From the NCBI GenBank assembly GCA_051870785.1, contig JBJECF010000058.1:37601-101600 (forward strand): a stretch of 64,000 nt of DNA. The letters run 5' to 3'. Within the stretch, counting starts at the first letter, position 1, and each line of letters starts with the position of its first letter. The DNA is from Candidatus Aphodosoma sp. (lineage in GTDB: Bacteria; Bacteroidota; Bacteroidia; Bacteroidales; Paludibacteraceae). Of the stretch, positions 34,601 through 43,211 are shown in pieces. The notes below the pieces were generated by a model that was not told where the DNA came from, did not search any database, and saw only the letters and a program-made list of their open reading frames with translations. The position numbers and the translations under genes are program-made.

Positions 34601-37187
34601 CACCACCCGGAATATTATAATAACTTGAAGTAGTAGAAGTAGTAGAGACACCAGCCCATGTTTCTTCACCATAATTTGTGGATGATGTACCATTCTCTTT
34701 TATCACGGCACGTGACCAACCGGCAGGCGGGAACAACTTGGAAGAAACCCTATTGAACTCTTCTGCAAAAGGAATAGAATTAACATTTGCTTTAGTATAA
34801 ACATTCTCAAAAACGAAATCCACCCAAACGGAAGTATCACCGGCACCGCAATAAGATGCCACACTACCTTTGATTTCAAGAATGTCGCCTATCGGAAGAT
34901 TTTCAATAGTGCAACTCGTACCGGTTACAAGCATTTGATTGCCATAAACCGTATCCGGGTCTGTCTCATTGTATTTAGAGATATATCTGTAATTTACAAG
35001 ATATTGAGTTTCGTTTTCGCCACGAGACCAGCTGATAGTAGCAGTATTTGTAGTAGTGCCATCGAGCTTTATATCCTTCACTTTACGACAAGAAGGAGAC
35101 GTATGTACCGACACATCATCGATATAAGCGGCAGTACCATTTTGAGTGCAATATTCAAAAATAACATACACATCGCCCGACATCGGTATTTTATAATAAT
35201 ACTCATACATACCCTTTTCGTCAACTACAGGATAGGCACCCGTATATGTACCTACAGAGCCTAATTTCACACCACCAATAGTATCGGCAGTAGTATTAAC
35301 CCATACATTGACGCACTCTTTAAGTTTAGTAGCGGTAGTAGAAGAGGTAGAGGCAGCACGATACATAAAGAAACCAACCTCATAAGCATTAGCGACCGGG
35401 ATATTCATAGCAGGAAGCACGGCAATATATCTACCTCCGGATTTACCGGATTGAGCTTTAAGACTCTTCTTACTATTATTAGTATAAGTAGTGGATGTAT
35501 TCAAAGTCCAACAAGTGGCACCACGGTCTAAACCGCTACCGGAGCCATTTTTGGTTTGGGCAAAGAGCCAACAATCCGGCAGTTTATCCTCGAAATCTTC
35601 AAAATAACTATCTTCCTCATTATAGCACAGCGTTGAGATTGAGACAGGCACGCTCCACTCGGAGGTATCACCTTGATTACAAACAGCTGCAACGGAAATA
35701 GTATAATCGGTATTTTGTTGTAAACTCAAAGTATAAGGCACTTGAGAGAAAGAGTGATAATTGACGTTATTACCATTAGTAATACGAGCCACATAATTGC
35801 CGACAGGGATAAATTCCTCATCCCAATTCAGAACGGCGGAATTATAAGAGACATTAGAGATACTAACATTCTCAAGTCGAGAACAGCCCTCATTGAGCAC
35901 GGCAGAGAAATCGTCTACATAGACGCTACCGGCAGAAGCACGAAGCACTACACAAACCGTATCGCCATAATCAGGAATAGATGAGATAAGTGAAGAATTA
36001 AAACGGGCAGGCACCCAACTATTAGTATTCGTAATATTTGCAGTACCTATAATCACGAGGTAGCTGAAATCATAAGGATTTCGAGTGATACCAACCTCTA
36101 ATTTGGCATTTGTAGTGGCATAATATTTAAGATTCACCTGTATTGAATCGGATTTAGCCACAAAGACACCCGTTGTGATAAGACCGTCATTAGCGTTATC
36201 ATCGGCAATCAACAATGCATTGCCACTACCGGTAGATGTAACTGCCGATTGTAACGCAGTGCCACGATTGTAGCCTGAAGGGATAGTCCAACAAGCAGGG
36301 ATATCACCCGTCTCACTATCAAAATTATTCTGAATAGGGAATGTTACATTGTTACAAAGGGTAGTAAAGCTGTAATACGGAGCATACTCGCTGTAACCAT
36401 AATTATTACCGGAGCAATCGCTACGAACGGTAGCTGCATAAGCGGTATTAGGCGAAAGACCGTTGATGGTAAATTGCTTTAACGAGCTGCTGATAACGGA
36501 ATCGCTACAAATAGTATTCCCGGTATTTACTTCACGGATGGTAACTCGGTAAGCATTAGGGTCGTTGCCCCTGCTATCGATATTCCAACTCAAAGTAGCG
36601 GAATTTGTAGTGATGTAAGAAGCAATCAAGTCTACCGGTTTTTTACAAGTAGGGGGCTCAGCCACCCTCACGTTATCGAGGTAATGATAAGCCTTACCGA
36701 AGCCACCATTGCTGATACTTTTAAAAACGACCCTTGCATTAGTGCTGTTTACAAAAGCATTAAGAGAATAAACATACTCGGTCCACGTCGTCACATTTTC
36801 TAATGTATCAAGGACGTTGTTATCGAGATAAACAATCATCCTACCACCTGTAGGATTTTTGTACATAAAGGATAATTCTACCGGTACGGAGATGTTAATT
36901 TCCGGTGTTTTCAGCACGGAATACTCCCCTTCGGACGAATTATAAGAGTTGAATCTGAGGCAAACGCCATCGTAATTATCCGTGGAGTTGTTATAATATT
37001 TCCACACCTCGCCAGCCGCAACGGTATAATCGGAGTTATCCCACCCCGAAGGCACCGCTTCCGCCCCCGTCATAGAATTGAAATTCTCATTGAGCAGTAC
37101 GGTTTGAGATTGAAGAAATCCGCCTCCAAAAAGCAATAGAGATACTAAAAAAGATAGCATCAACAGAGATTGTCTTTTCATAAGCAT
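31590..37187 (-). CDS. N-terminal 1865-codon part of the giant T9SS-secreted surface protein
   Basis: Signal peptide (M)KRQSLLMLSFLVSLLLFGGGFLQSQ. About 7 units follow, each a beta-sandwich module (ENFxx...P-x-GW / CW) plus an FN3-like module (C-x-x-P...W...GL-x-P-x-T-x-Y...VR-x-x-C). It stops at TAA 31592..31590 in the middle of an FN3-like module. Confidence 0.8.
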   Translation of the reverse strand: MLMKRQSLLMLSFLVSLLLFGGGFLQSQTVLLNENFNSMTGAEAVPSGWDNSDYTVAAGEVWKYYNNSTDNYDGVCLRFNSYNSSEGEYSVLKTPEINISVPVELSFMYKNPTGGRMIVYLDNNVLDTLENVTTWTEYVYSLNAFVNSTNARVVFKSISNGGFGKAYHYLDNVRVAEPPTCKKPVDLIASYITTNSATLSWNIDSRGNDPNAYRVTIREVNTGNTICSDSVISSSLKQFTINGLSPNTAYAATVRSDCSGNNYGYSEYAPYYSFTTLCNNVTFPIQNNFDSETGDIPACWTIPSGYNRGTALQSAVTSTGSGNALLIADDNANDGLITTGVFVAKSDSIQVNLKYYATTNAKLEVGITRNPYDFSYLVIIGTANITNTNSWVPARFNSSLISSIPDYGDTVCVVLRASAGSVYVDDFSAVLNEGCSRLENVSISNVSYNSAVLNWDEEFIPVGNYVARITNGNNVNYHSFSQVPYTLSLQQNTDYTISVAAVCNQGDTSEWSVPVSISTLCYNEEDSYFEDFEDKLPDCWLFAQTKNGSGSGLDRGATCWTLNTSTTYTNNSKKSLKAQSGKSGGRYIAVLPAMNIPVANAYEVGFFMYRAASTSSTTATKLKECVNVWVNTTADTIGGVKLGSVGTYTGAYPVVDEKGMYEYYYKIPMSGDVYVIFEYCTQNGTAAYIDDVSVHTSPSCRKVKDIKLDGTTTNTATISWSRGENETQYLVNYRYISKYNETDPDTVYGNQMLVTGTSCTIENLPIGDILEIKGSVASYCGAGDTSVWVDFVFENVYTKANVNSIPFAEEFNRVSSKLFPPAGWSRAVIKENGTSSTNYGEETWAGVSTTSTTSSYYNIPGGANFKKCTAGNRIVLATPALNFDPTKRYQVVFTMYRHGSNKINEGLRILVSPNPDDTLNAVVGGFYNAYYKNAPAEAKPAKYEYTLELPANIGGENYVLFEGISNNGNTFYLDDVYIEEVPDCKRLKDFKVEALSKDSVLVTVTDTAWHNDTWQACFVESGKDPDEATTIFTSNGGVNSIEAFGLQPDFPYEVYIRRYCSPDSQSPWSRKSLSVRTHCDAFIITAENDFIEDFETRFVVKSTTDTIKGCFFQQYQREKSTTASGYLYCVEKVTASNPTVEVLPYKGNRFARNGYNYHNWLYRHFHFEAGKQYKMQVYGCITRADEDDNTQGAYFAMGYASVADTAIFRRNQFLSTFTNSTSWTPITGYFTVPQTGDYYLGLYSFATNSSIVYAVCIDELSVSEISCVPPLNIEAQAGVDSATISFTYVADSVEVRVSSVECDKYYPLYDVYQNTTTATSFKIGGLQPNTEYWYTVRSFCSGKPSEWSSVSTFRTKCAPVSLPIQENFELASDLACWSSLGYNASSVFKVTSEQQKVGQRSFKVNGVTIITPELNVASLANVTISGYAYSTTFGISFDIGVINDPTNVDSYEHVQTVTLSSSYTWNQFNADFSVLNTPDYAEFANAKYIAIVVNAGTTCYFDDIIISQAPSCPMPTNVEVVSVENDKVHLRWNAGGAETQWHVRGLRYITAGDDVDIIADIDTVVTVNDITFGGLYASSEYMFEVVALCSASDESYVAYSNNFNTYCEPYNYFYNINVDDFYRTNTSYQGSLPDCWASVSYPEFKYNGWNYKSLTSGGSSGPPVTNYYIEFTSTSLNTGHNMAQLMSPILDLTNVDTTKNETAKVLFTLENYAADTIFVCISTDFGKTIADTLTYVVYSADNLMEYIFDREVDLKKYAGEKVRIIFQTTSTGGQRTDLSSMLNNSARARMRAFDFQYVDPCIRPITIGVDSCKSTYVKAYITDSISSNLNWEYVAVEPGADPYAATPVAFSTTQHYTYTQHIPFT

Positions 37188-37302
37188 ATAAATATAATTA
37201 ATAAAAATATAGATTAAAAAATTTTTAATGGGTAAGATTGATTTACTTACTTATTTGAATTATAGATATATAAATAGATTTATAGACTATAGTTCGACCG
37301 AG

Positions 37303-37310
37303 CAAAGGTA
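37303..37310 (-). promoter_or_regulatory. Bacteroidota -7 promoter motif upstream of the giant gene
   Basis: Plus strand CAAAGGTA, i.e. TACCTTTG on the minus strand, about 115 nt upstream of the ATG at 37187. Confidence 0.4.
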
Positions 37311-37608
37311 CTACATATTTTTTTCTCCACAATAATAAAATGATATTTTAACATATCGTGCTGATGAAGACCCAATTTTAGTTAAAAAGAGGACTTCAAA
37401 AAACACCCATAAATCACACGGATTTTAAGCAAAAATAACGACATAGTGCTATTCTGTTAAAAATGTCCCGGTAAAATTAAATAGGGTTGACATTTCCCTC
37501 ACGAAATATCAACCCCTTTGGTTATCTTTGCCCACAATAATTTTGATTAAATTAATCTCAAAATCATTTTTATGCATTGACCGCGAACGATATATGACAC
37601 GTCAAATA

Positions 37609-38220
37609 CTACTCTTCATATTGCTTTAATTCTAAGATGTTTGCAGAAATTCCGTCGGCCGCTTGGATTAACGACAGAAGAGGACACTGATTTTTAGCAG
37701 TATTAAGGCTGGATATCATTTCTTGAGATTGAAAAGGCAAATCCCATGATGACATATGCCAACGTATAGCAAGCATCTCATCATCGGTAAGATAGAGACC
37801 ACTACATAACAAACGAATAACCGACTTCTCGCCATGTCCGATAGGAAGTCCGCTAAAGTCTACAGTATAACCTTCAACATCTTCCCAAATACCAATATTA
37901 TTTTTCTTCTTTTTAATTGTTTTTTTATAAATATCAGCCTTGCAAACATCATGTAATAGAGAGGCAATAATAACGCTTTCTCGAGGTAATTTCTCTCGCA
38001 GACTATCATCTTTTGCCAATACCAACTCTCTTATTTGAAGTGACATATCACACACATTCAGAGAATGAACAAGCAAACCCTCCTCTTCATTAAGATGAAA
38101 ACGAGTACTTGCCGGTGCAGTAAAAAAACCAAGTTCTTCCAAATCTTCTATTACATAGTCTACCCCTTCTCTATTAGTTGATTGTAAATAATCAATAAAT
38201 TTCTGTTTGTTATCTCTCAT
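37609..38220 (-). CDS. HD-domain phosphohydrolase
   Basis: His...HD...D pattern: LVHSLNV, SLLHDVCKAD, PIGHGEKS, IRWHMSSWD. 203 aa. Confidence 0.7.
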   Translation of the reverse strand: MRDNKQKFIDYLQSTNREGVDYVIEDLEELGFFTAPASTRFHLNEEEGLLVHSLNVCDMSLQIRELVLAKDDSLREKLPRESVIIASLLHDVCKADIYKKTIKKKKNNIGIWEDVEGYTVDFSGLPIGHGEKSVIRLLCSGLYLTDDEMLAIRWHMSSWDLPFQSQEMISSLNTAKNQCPLLSLIQAADGISANILELKQYEE

Positions 38221-38253
38221 TGTATGTTATAATTTTATTTACTAAATTCGATG

Positions 38254-38261
38254 CAAATTTA
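38254..38261 (-). promoter_or_regulatory. Bacteroidota -7 promoter motif for the HD-domain gene
   Basis: Plus strand CAAATTTA, i.e. TAAATTTG on the minus strand, about 35 nt upstream of the ATG at 38220. Confidence 0.4.
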
Positions 38262-38436
38262 CACGCCAAATACGAACTCTATTTTCATAAAAAGCAATTA
38301 GAACAAAACATAGTTTCAATAAATCTAATAATGAGGACCTAACTTACTTAGCTATTCCGAACAAGAAAAAAAAGAGAAGGAAGAAAACAAAATATAAATG
38401 TGTATTGCAACACAGATAAATTAAATTATTTTTCTG

Positions 38437-38444
38437 TAACTTTG
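38437..38444 (+). promoter_or_regulatory. Bacteroidota -7 promoter motif
   Basis: TAACTTTG 26 nt upstream of the ATG at 38470. Confidence 0.4.
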
Positions 38445-38469
38445 CAAAACTAAAACAAGTAGAAGTATT

Positions 38470-38673
38470 ATGAAAGAGGCAACAACAAAAAAAATTAGTA
38501 TGGCTGTTGTAATAATATTAGCCATAATATACGTAATAGTACCGATAGACATCATTCCGGACCTTACACCGATATTTGGATTTATTGATGATATTATTGC
38601 TGTACTTATTGCAATTGGCAATACAATAAGAATCATACATAAAATTAAAAGCGATAAACCCAACAAAAAATAA
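38470..38673 (+). CDS. DUF1232 (YkvA-like) small membrane protein
   Basis: VPIDIIPDLTPIFGFIDDIIAV matches the P-x-D-x-IPD...G-x-x-DD signature of DUF1232. Confidence 0.7.
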   Translation: MKEATTKKISMAVVIILAIIYVIVPIDIIPDLTPIFGFIDDIIAVLIAIGNTIRIIHKIKSDKPNKK

Positions 38674-38705
38674 AAGAATAATTTGCAAATTACAATTCTT
38701 ATTAA

Positions 38706-38713
38706 TATCTTTG
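38706..38713 (+). promoter_or_regulatory. Bacteroidota -7 promoter motif
   Basis: TATCTTTG 23 nt upstream of the ATG at 38736. Confidence 0.4.
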
Positions 38714-38735
38714 TATCGTAAAATATTTAAACATT

Positions 38736-39318
38736 ATGATTATAAAAACGATAATTAAACTTATGGCGATACTGCTTATTGGCGTGATATTTATTGGCTG
38801 TGATAATCCATACAAAGATATAAACCTATATTCAAACGCAACTGCTAAAGGTTTTGTATTTGATAAAGATGACGTCATTATGCTCACTCAATATGTAACG
38901 TCGATAAACGATATTGATAATCCTCATTGCCTTACTGCAACTTATAGAAATGAAACTTAGAGCACATTATTGGCGATACAGCTCGTTTCAAAACGGATAG
39001 AGGCTACAATATATACCCAATAGGAATAGGCCAAAATGGGAACAACATTTATATTGGAGTATTAGAAAAAAATGGGAATTATATATACGGTGATGTAGTA
39101 TTATACAAAAATTACAAAGAAGTTTTCAGAAAAGACCTTGCCACGAATTTTACTTGTTTCCTCGTAGCCGGTGATGATATATATATTGTATATGAGCCAT
39201 ATATAGCCACTGATCAAAAGTTATTCACTATTTTAAAAATGGTAAGGAAGTACACTCGTTAATGAGTCAAGCAAGAGAAGGATTACATTTTCAAGGTATT
39301 GTAGATACAAATAGATAA
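38736..39318 (+). pseudogene. Lipoprotein gene interrupted by two frameshifts
   Basis: Frame 1 (38736..38960) gives MIIKTIIKLMAILLIGVIFIGC (lipobox)...TATYRNET then a stop. Frame 2 is open over 38954..39262 (NLEHIIGDTARFKTDRGYNIYPIGIGQNGNNIYIGVLEKNGNYIYGDVVLYKNYKEV...DQKLFTILK). Frame 3 over 39214..39318 continues NGKEVHSLMSQAREGLHFQGIVDTNR then a stop. The second shift sits at the A5 run 39235..39239. Confidence 0.55.
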
Positions 39319-39358
39319 TATCATTGATTTACACTGTATATAATTCAAACAAAAAATC

Positions 39359-39398
39359 AGTCGCTCTTCAATATTTTCTTGAGGAGCGACTATTTTTT
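39359..39398. terminator. Bidirectional rho-independent terminator
   Basis: Stem AGTCGCTC / GAGCGACT, with an A-run 5' and a T-run 3'. It sits directly at the 3' end of the minus-strand TolC gene and downstream of the plus-strand pseudogene. Confidence 0.6.
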
Positions 39399-40704
39399 AT
39401 TGAGCGTAGAACATTAGGATTTTTTCTCTTAATAAATATTCATACTGAGATTGAAGCATCTCTACTTCGGCTTGTTGCATTCTGAACTTAGACTCATTGT
39501 ACTCGTAAAGAGTAATTTTTCCATTATCATATTTGCTTTGAGCAAATTCGAATGCTTTACTTCCTGAATCGAAATTAGCTTCTGCCGCTTTGTATTTTTC
39601 TTTTGCCGCCAAGGCATTATAATAAGCCGTTTGAATATCTTTAAACAATTGATTCTCGGCTTCTGCGGCGCTGATTTTTTGCTCTTCGAGGGCATATTTC
39701 TGGCGTTGCACATTATGCCTTACTTGCATACGATTATATATCGGTATACTAAGCGAAAAACCGACTACCTCACTGCCGTTATTGACAAACTGCTTACCAA
39801 AAGCCGGATTATTTGCATTGAAGATATGATAATAGCCGGTGCCCCAACTGGCATTCAGGGATAATTGAGGGTAATAATCGGCTTGTGCCTCTTTTATCGC
39901 AATTTCGGCACTCTCTATTTTCTTTCGTTGTGAGATGATATTCGGACGGCTATCTTTTGTTTGTAGAAACAGACTTTCGGGGTGAGGGAGTAATTTATCT
40001 TCTTTAACAGCGTTAATATCAAGTGGAACGATAGAGAAATTATCTACATCGTGATAGTTTATCAGTTGGCATAAATCGAGTATTGCCAACTGATAATTAC
40101 TTTGATTTTGAATGAGTTGCTGTTCATATTGAGCCTGCTGAGCTATAGCTTCATAGAGTTCGCTTTCGCTTTTAACGCCCTCTTCCACTAATTTACGGGT
40201 TTTCTCTACCAAATCTTTAGCCATATCACATTGCGATTGTGAAAGGCGTATCATCTCTTTTTGATATAGAGCTTGGAGATAATAGCTGATAACGTTCAAT
40301 TCTACATTATCTTTAATCGTTTCTATATCAGCGATGGCGGATTGCACATCTAAAGCAGTGCGCTTAATTTGGTTAGTAATTCTAAGTCCGGTAAAAATTG
40401 GCATAGATACCGAGGCATTAAAGCCTGTTGAAGACTGGGAGCGACTCTCTTTAACATTATTGGCACCCTCGGCGAGTCCGAAACCGAAATTCTCACTAAT
40501 GCCGGCATTTATTGATGGGGTCATAGACACACGAGCACTACGCTCGGCAAGTTGCGAATTAAGCAGAGAAATTCGCGCTCGCATAACATCATAATTCTGA
40601 TTTTGAGCATAAGAAACGCAGGAGTCGAGATCCCATGCTTGTGCCATCAATGATGTTATGGTAAGCAACAGGGATAATATAATTGTTATTCGCTTCATAA
40701 TCAA
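39397..40704 (-). CDS. TolC-family outer-membrane efflux protein (ABC efflux operon)
   Basis: Signal peptide MIMKRITIILSLLLTITSLMAQA and two OEP repeats. Last gene of the operon. Confidence 0.85.
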   Translation of the reverse strand: MIMKRITIILSLLLTITSLMAQAWDLDSCVSYAQNQNYDVMRARISLLNSQLAERSARVSMTPSINAGISENFGFGLAEGANNVKESRSQSSTGFNASVSMPIFTGLRITNQIKRTALDVQSAIADIETIKDNVELNVISYYLQALYQKEMIRLSQSQCDMAKDLVEKTRKLVEEGVKSESELYEAIAQQAQYEQQLIQNQSNYQLAILDLCQLINYHDVDNFSIVPLDINAVKEDKLLPHPESLFLQTKDSRPNIISQRKKIESAEIAIKEAQADYYPQLSLNASWGTGYYHIFNANNPAFGKQFVNNGSEVVGFSLSIPIYNRMQVRHNVQRQKYALEEQKISAAEAENQLFKDIQTAYYNALAAKEKYKAAEANFDSGSKAFEFAQSKYDNGKITLYEYNESKFRMQQAEVEMLQSQYEYLLREKILMFYAQ

Positions 40705-40739
40705 TGTTCGCTAATTAGTTATCAACCATACAACATCTA

Positions 40740-41843
40740 TTACTTCTTCTCTTTTTGATTACCACGGAGTTTTGCTTCCTCATCAATGCCGGATACTATT
40801 TCTATATTAATTCCGTCGGACAGGCCGACTTCTACCGGTACTTTATTGAATTTTTGTTCATTATTTTTTGCACTATCAAGGAGGAAAACGAAAGCTGAAT
40901 CGCCATTAAGTTCCACCGTATATTCCGGTACGGAGAGTACATTAGCACGTTGTTTAAGAATGATTTCGGCATTAGCACTATATCCGGCGCGAAGAAGTAT
41001 TGTATCGGGTACATCAACGGCAGCTTTGATTTCAAACATCACAGTGCCGTTAGTTTCCGTGCCTTTGGGCGATACATATTCAAGTACTGCATTAAATTTA
41101 GAGTTTTGTAGGGCACCAACAGATAACTCTATAGGCATACCGGGGTGAATATTACCCACTTCACTTTCATCGATCGAGCCTTTAAAAATCATATCACTCA
41201 TATCCGCAATTGTACATATAGTGGTACCATCGTTGAAAGTATTACTTAGGATAACAGAATTACCCACTTTCACAGGTACGTCGAGAATCATACCGGAAAT
41301 TGTAGCACGAATTTGAGTGTTACTATATTGACCTTCTTTTTTAATAATACCATCGCGAATAATTTGTAAGTTACTATTGGCATTATCGTAGTTTTCTTTT
41401 GCCTTTTTATAAGCAACGGTTTCCTTTTCAAACTCTTCGGTAGAGAGTACTTTTTTATTATAAAGCCGTTGAGCTCTGTCGTAATCTACTTGAGCCTGGT
41501 CGAGTTCGATTTTAGCCAGATTAAGGTTACTCTCTGCGGCGTTGAGCTGACTCATTTCCGGAATGACTTTTACGAGGGCGATAACGTCGTCTTTTTTAAC
41601 CATAGCACCCGCTTCAAAATAAATCTCGCTTATAATACCGGATATTTGTGGTTTAATTTCCACTTCATTGCGAGGCTCAATTTTACCGGTAGCAATGGTT
41701 TTACGCGAGATGGTCTGCACCGAAGGTGTTACCACTTCATATTCCATCTTTTTCGGTTTTGACTTTATAAAAAGATAAACAAAAGTAGCTAAGACAAGTG
41801 CAGCTATAATGACGATTACTGCAATTCGAAAAAACTTTTTCAT
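40740..41843 (-). CDS. Efflux periplasmic adaptor (HlyD/MacA-like)
   Basis: ATG at 41843 gives MKKFFRIAVIVIIAALVL (TM anchor). Lipoyl-like and coiled-coil hairpin segments follow, including RATISGMILDVPVKVG. Confidence 0.85.
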   Translation of the reverse strand: MKKFFRIAVIVIIAALVLATFVYLFIKSKPKKMEYEVVTPSVQTISRKTIATGKIEPRNEVEIKPQISGIISEIYFEAGAMVKKDDVIALVKVIPEMSQLNAAESNLNLAKIELDQAQVDYDRAQRLYNKKVLSTEEFEKETVAYKKAKENYDNANSNLQIIRDGIIKKEGQYSNTQIRATISGMILDVPVKVGNSVILSNTFNDGTTICTIADMSDMIFKGSIDESEVGNIHPGMPIELSVGALQNSKFNAVLEYVSPKGTETNGTVMFEIKAAVDVPDTILLRAGYSANAEIILKQRANVLSVPEYTVELNGDSAFVFLLDSAKNNEQKFNKVPVEVGLSDGINIEIVSGIDEEAKLRGNQKEKK

Positions 41844-41946
41844 ATTATTATATTTTTTATATTTTTCAATAACAAACACAGTCTATTGTACTTGAAGCCT
41901 AAAAGTGTAAGATGGCGTTCAATCTCAAACCTGAAATACCCACTAT

Positions 41947-43203
41947 CTATTCTTCCTGAAGGGCTTCGATTGCTTTAATACTAAGAGCACGTTTTGCGGG
42001 CAGATAACCAGCCAATAATCCAAAGAGGATAATAATAACCAATGCGACAAGAGCTATTGTGAACGGTATTTGAGGACTTTCGAGAGGCACGTCGGCAGAG
42101 CCTAAAAGCAAACTATCAACAACGGAAAGTACTGCAACACCAAACATCAATCCCACCGACCCCGCTAATGAAGTGAGCAAAATACTCTCTCCTAAAATTT
42201 GTTTTATAATTGTAGCGGAAGTAGCACCCAAAGCGCGACGGACGCCAATCTCTTGAGTGCGCTCTTTCACCGTGACCAACATGATATTACTAACGCCAAC
42301 CACCCCTGCCATAAGCGTTCCGGCACCTACTATCCATATCAGCACTATCAAGCCTAAACTAAAGATGCTGAATGTGTCGAAAATTTCTTTGATATTAAAG
42401 CATCCGATAGCATTTTTATCGGTAGGTGAAATCATGTTTATTTCGGAAATAACACTTCTCACCTCCTCTTCTTTCTGTTTTATATCATACTTATCATCAA
42501 AAGAGATACTCAAACCATGTATGACATCTCCGATGTTATTAGCTTGTTGCAATGTGGTATAAGGTAGCATAACCATACGCTCCAATCTACCGAACATATT
42601 GATATTGTCCGATTTATCTTCTACAATACCTATTACTCTATAATACACACCCCCTATTTTAATAATAGAGCCTATAACGTCTTCATCTTGATTATACAAA
42701 TCGTTCTGCACTTTACGGCCTATAACACACACTTTTCGGCACTCTTTGATATCTATATCATTAATATACCTACCTTTTACAATTTTATGAGGGAAAATAT
42801 TAATATACGACGGCGCATAACCCATAATATTATAGTTGCCGTTTTTGGTATTTCTCACTACTTGATTGGAATATTGAAGCCAAACAAAAGGAGATATATC
42901 TTTTATACCTTTTACACGGTTTGAAATAATATTCAAATCTTTTGTATGTAGTGACCAATTTCTATTAGATTGAAATCCCTTATAAGGCTCGGAAGTTGTA
43001 TTAGCCATAATATACAATGAATTGGTAGCCATACCATCCAAGCTATTCATAAAGAAATTCCTAAATCCTGTACCGATACCGAGGAGAACGACGAGCATAA
43101 ATACGCCCCAAAACACGCCGAATGCAGTAAAGAAGCTACGCCATTTATTACGTGTAATAGTAATAACTATCTCTTGAAAACTATCCAAATCAAACCACCT
43201 CAT
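41947..43203 (-). CDS. ABC transporter permease, FtsX/MacB-like
   Basis: MacB_PCD-like periplasmic domain between TM1 and TM2, and the C-terminal FtsX signature ERTQEIGVRRALGA. Confidence 0.9.
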   Translation of the reverse strand: MRWFDLDSFQEIVITITRNKWRSFFTAFGVFWGVFMLVVLLGIGTGFRNFFMNSLDGMATNSLYIMANTTSEPYKGFQSNRNWSLHTKDLNIISNRVKGIKDISPFVWLQYSNQVVRNTKNGNYNIMGYAPSYINIFPHKIVKGRYINDIDIKECRKVCVIGRKVQNDLYNQDEDVIGSIIKIGGVYYRVIGIVEDKSDNINMFGRLERMVMLPYTTLQQANNIGDVIHGLSISFDDKYDIKQKEEEVRSVISEINMISPTDKNAIGCFNIKEIFDTFSIFSLGLIVLIWIVGAGTLMAGVVGVSNIMLVTVKERTQEIGVRRALGATSATIIKQILGESILLTSLAGSVGLMFGVAVLSVVDSLLLGSADVPLESPQIPFTIALVALVIIILFGLLAGYLPAKRALSIKAIEALQEE

Positions 43204-43211
43204 AATACACG

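Noticed and set aside
38421-38666. 81-codon minus-strand ORF
   Set aside because: It is antisense to the DUF1232 gene, which has the diagnostic IPD...DD motif and its own -7 promoter.
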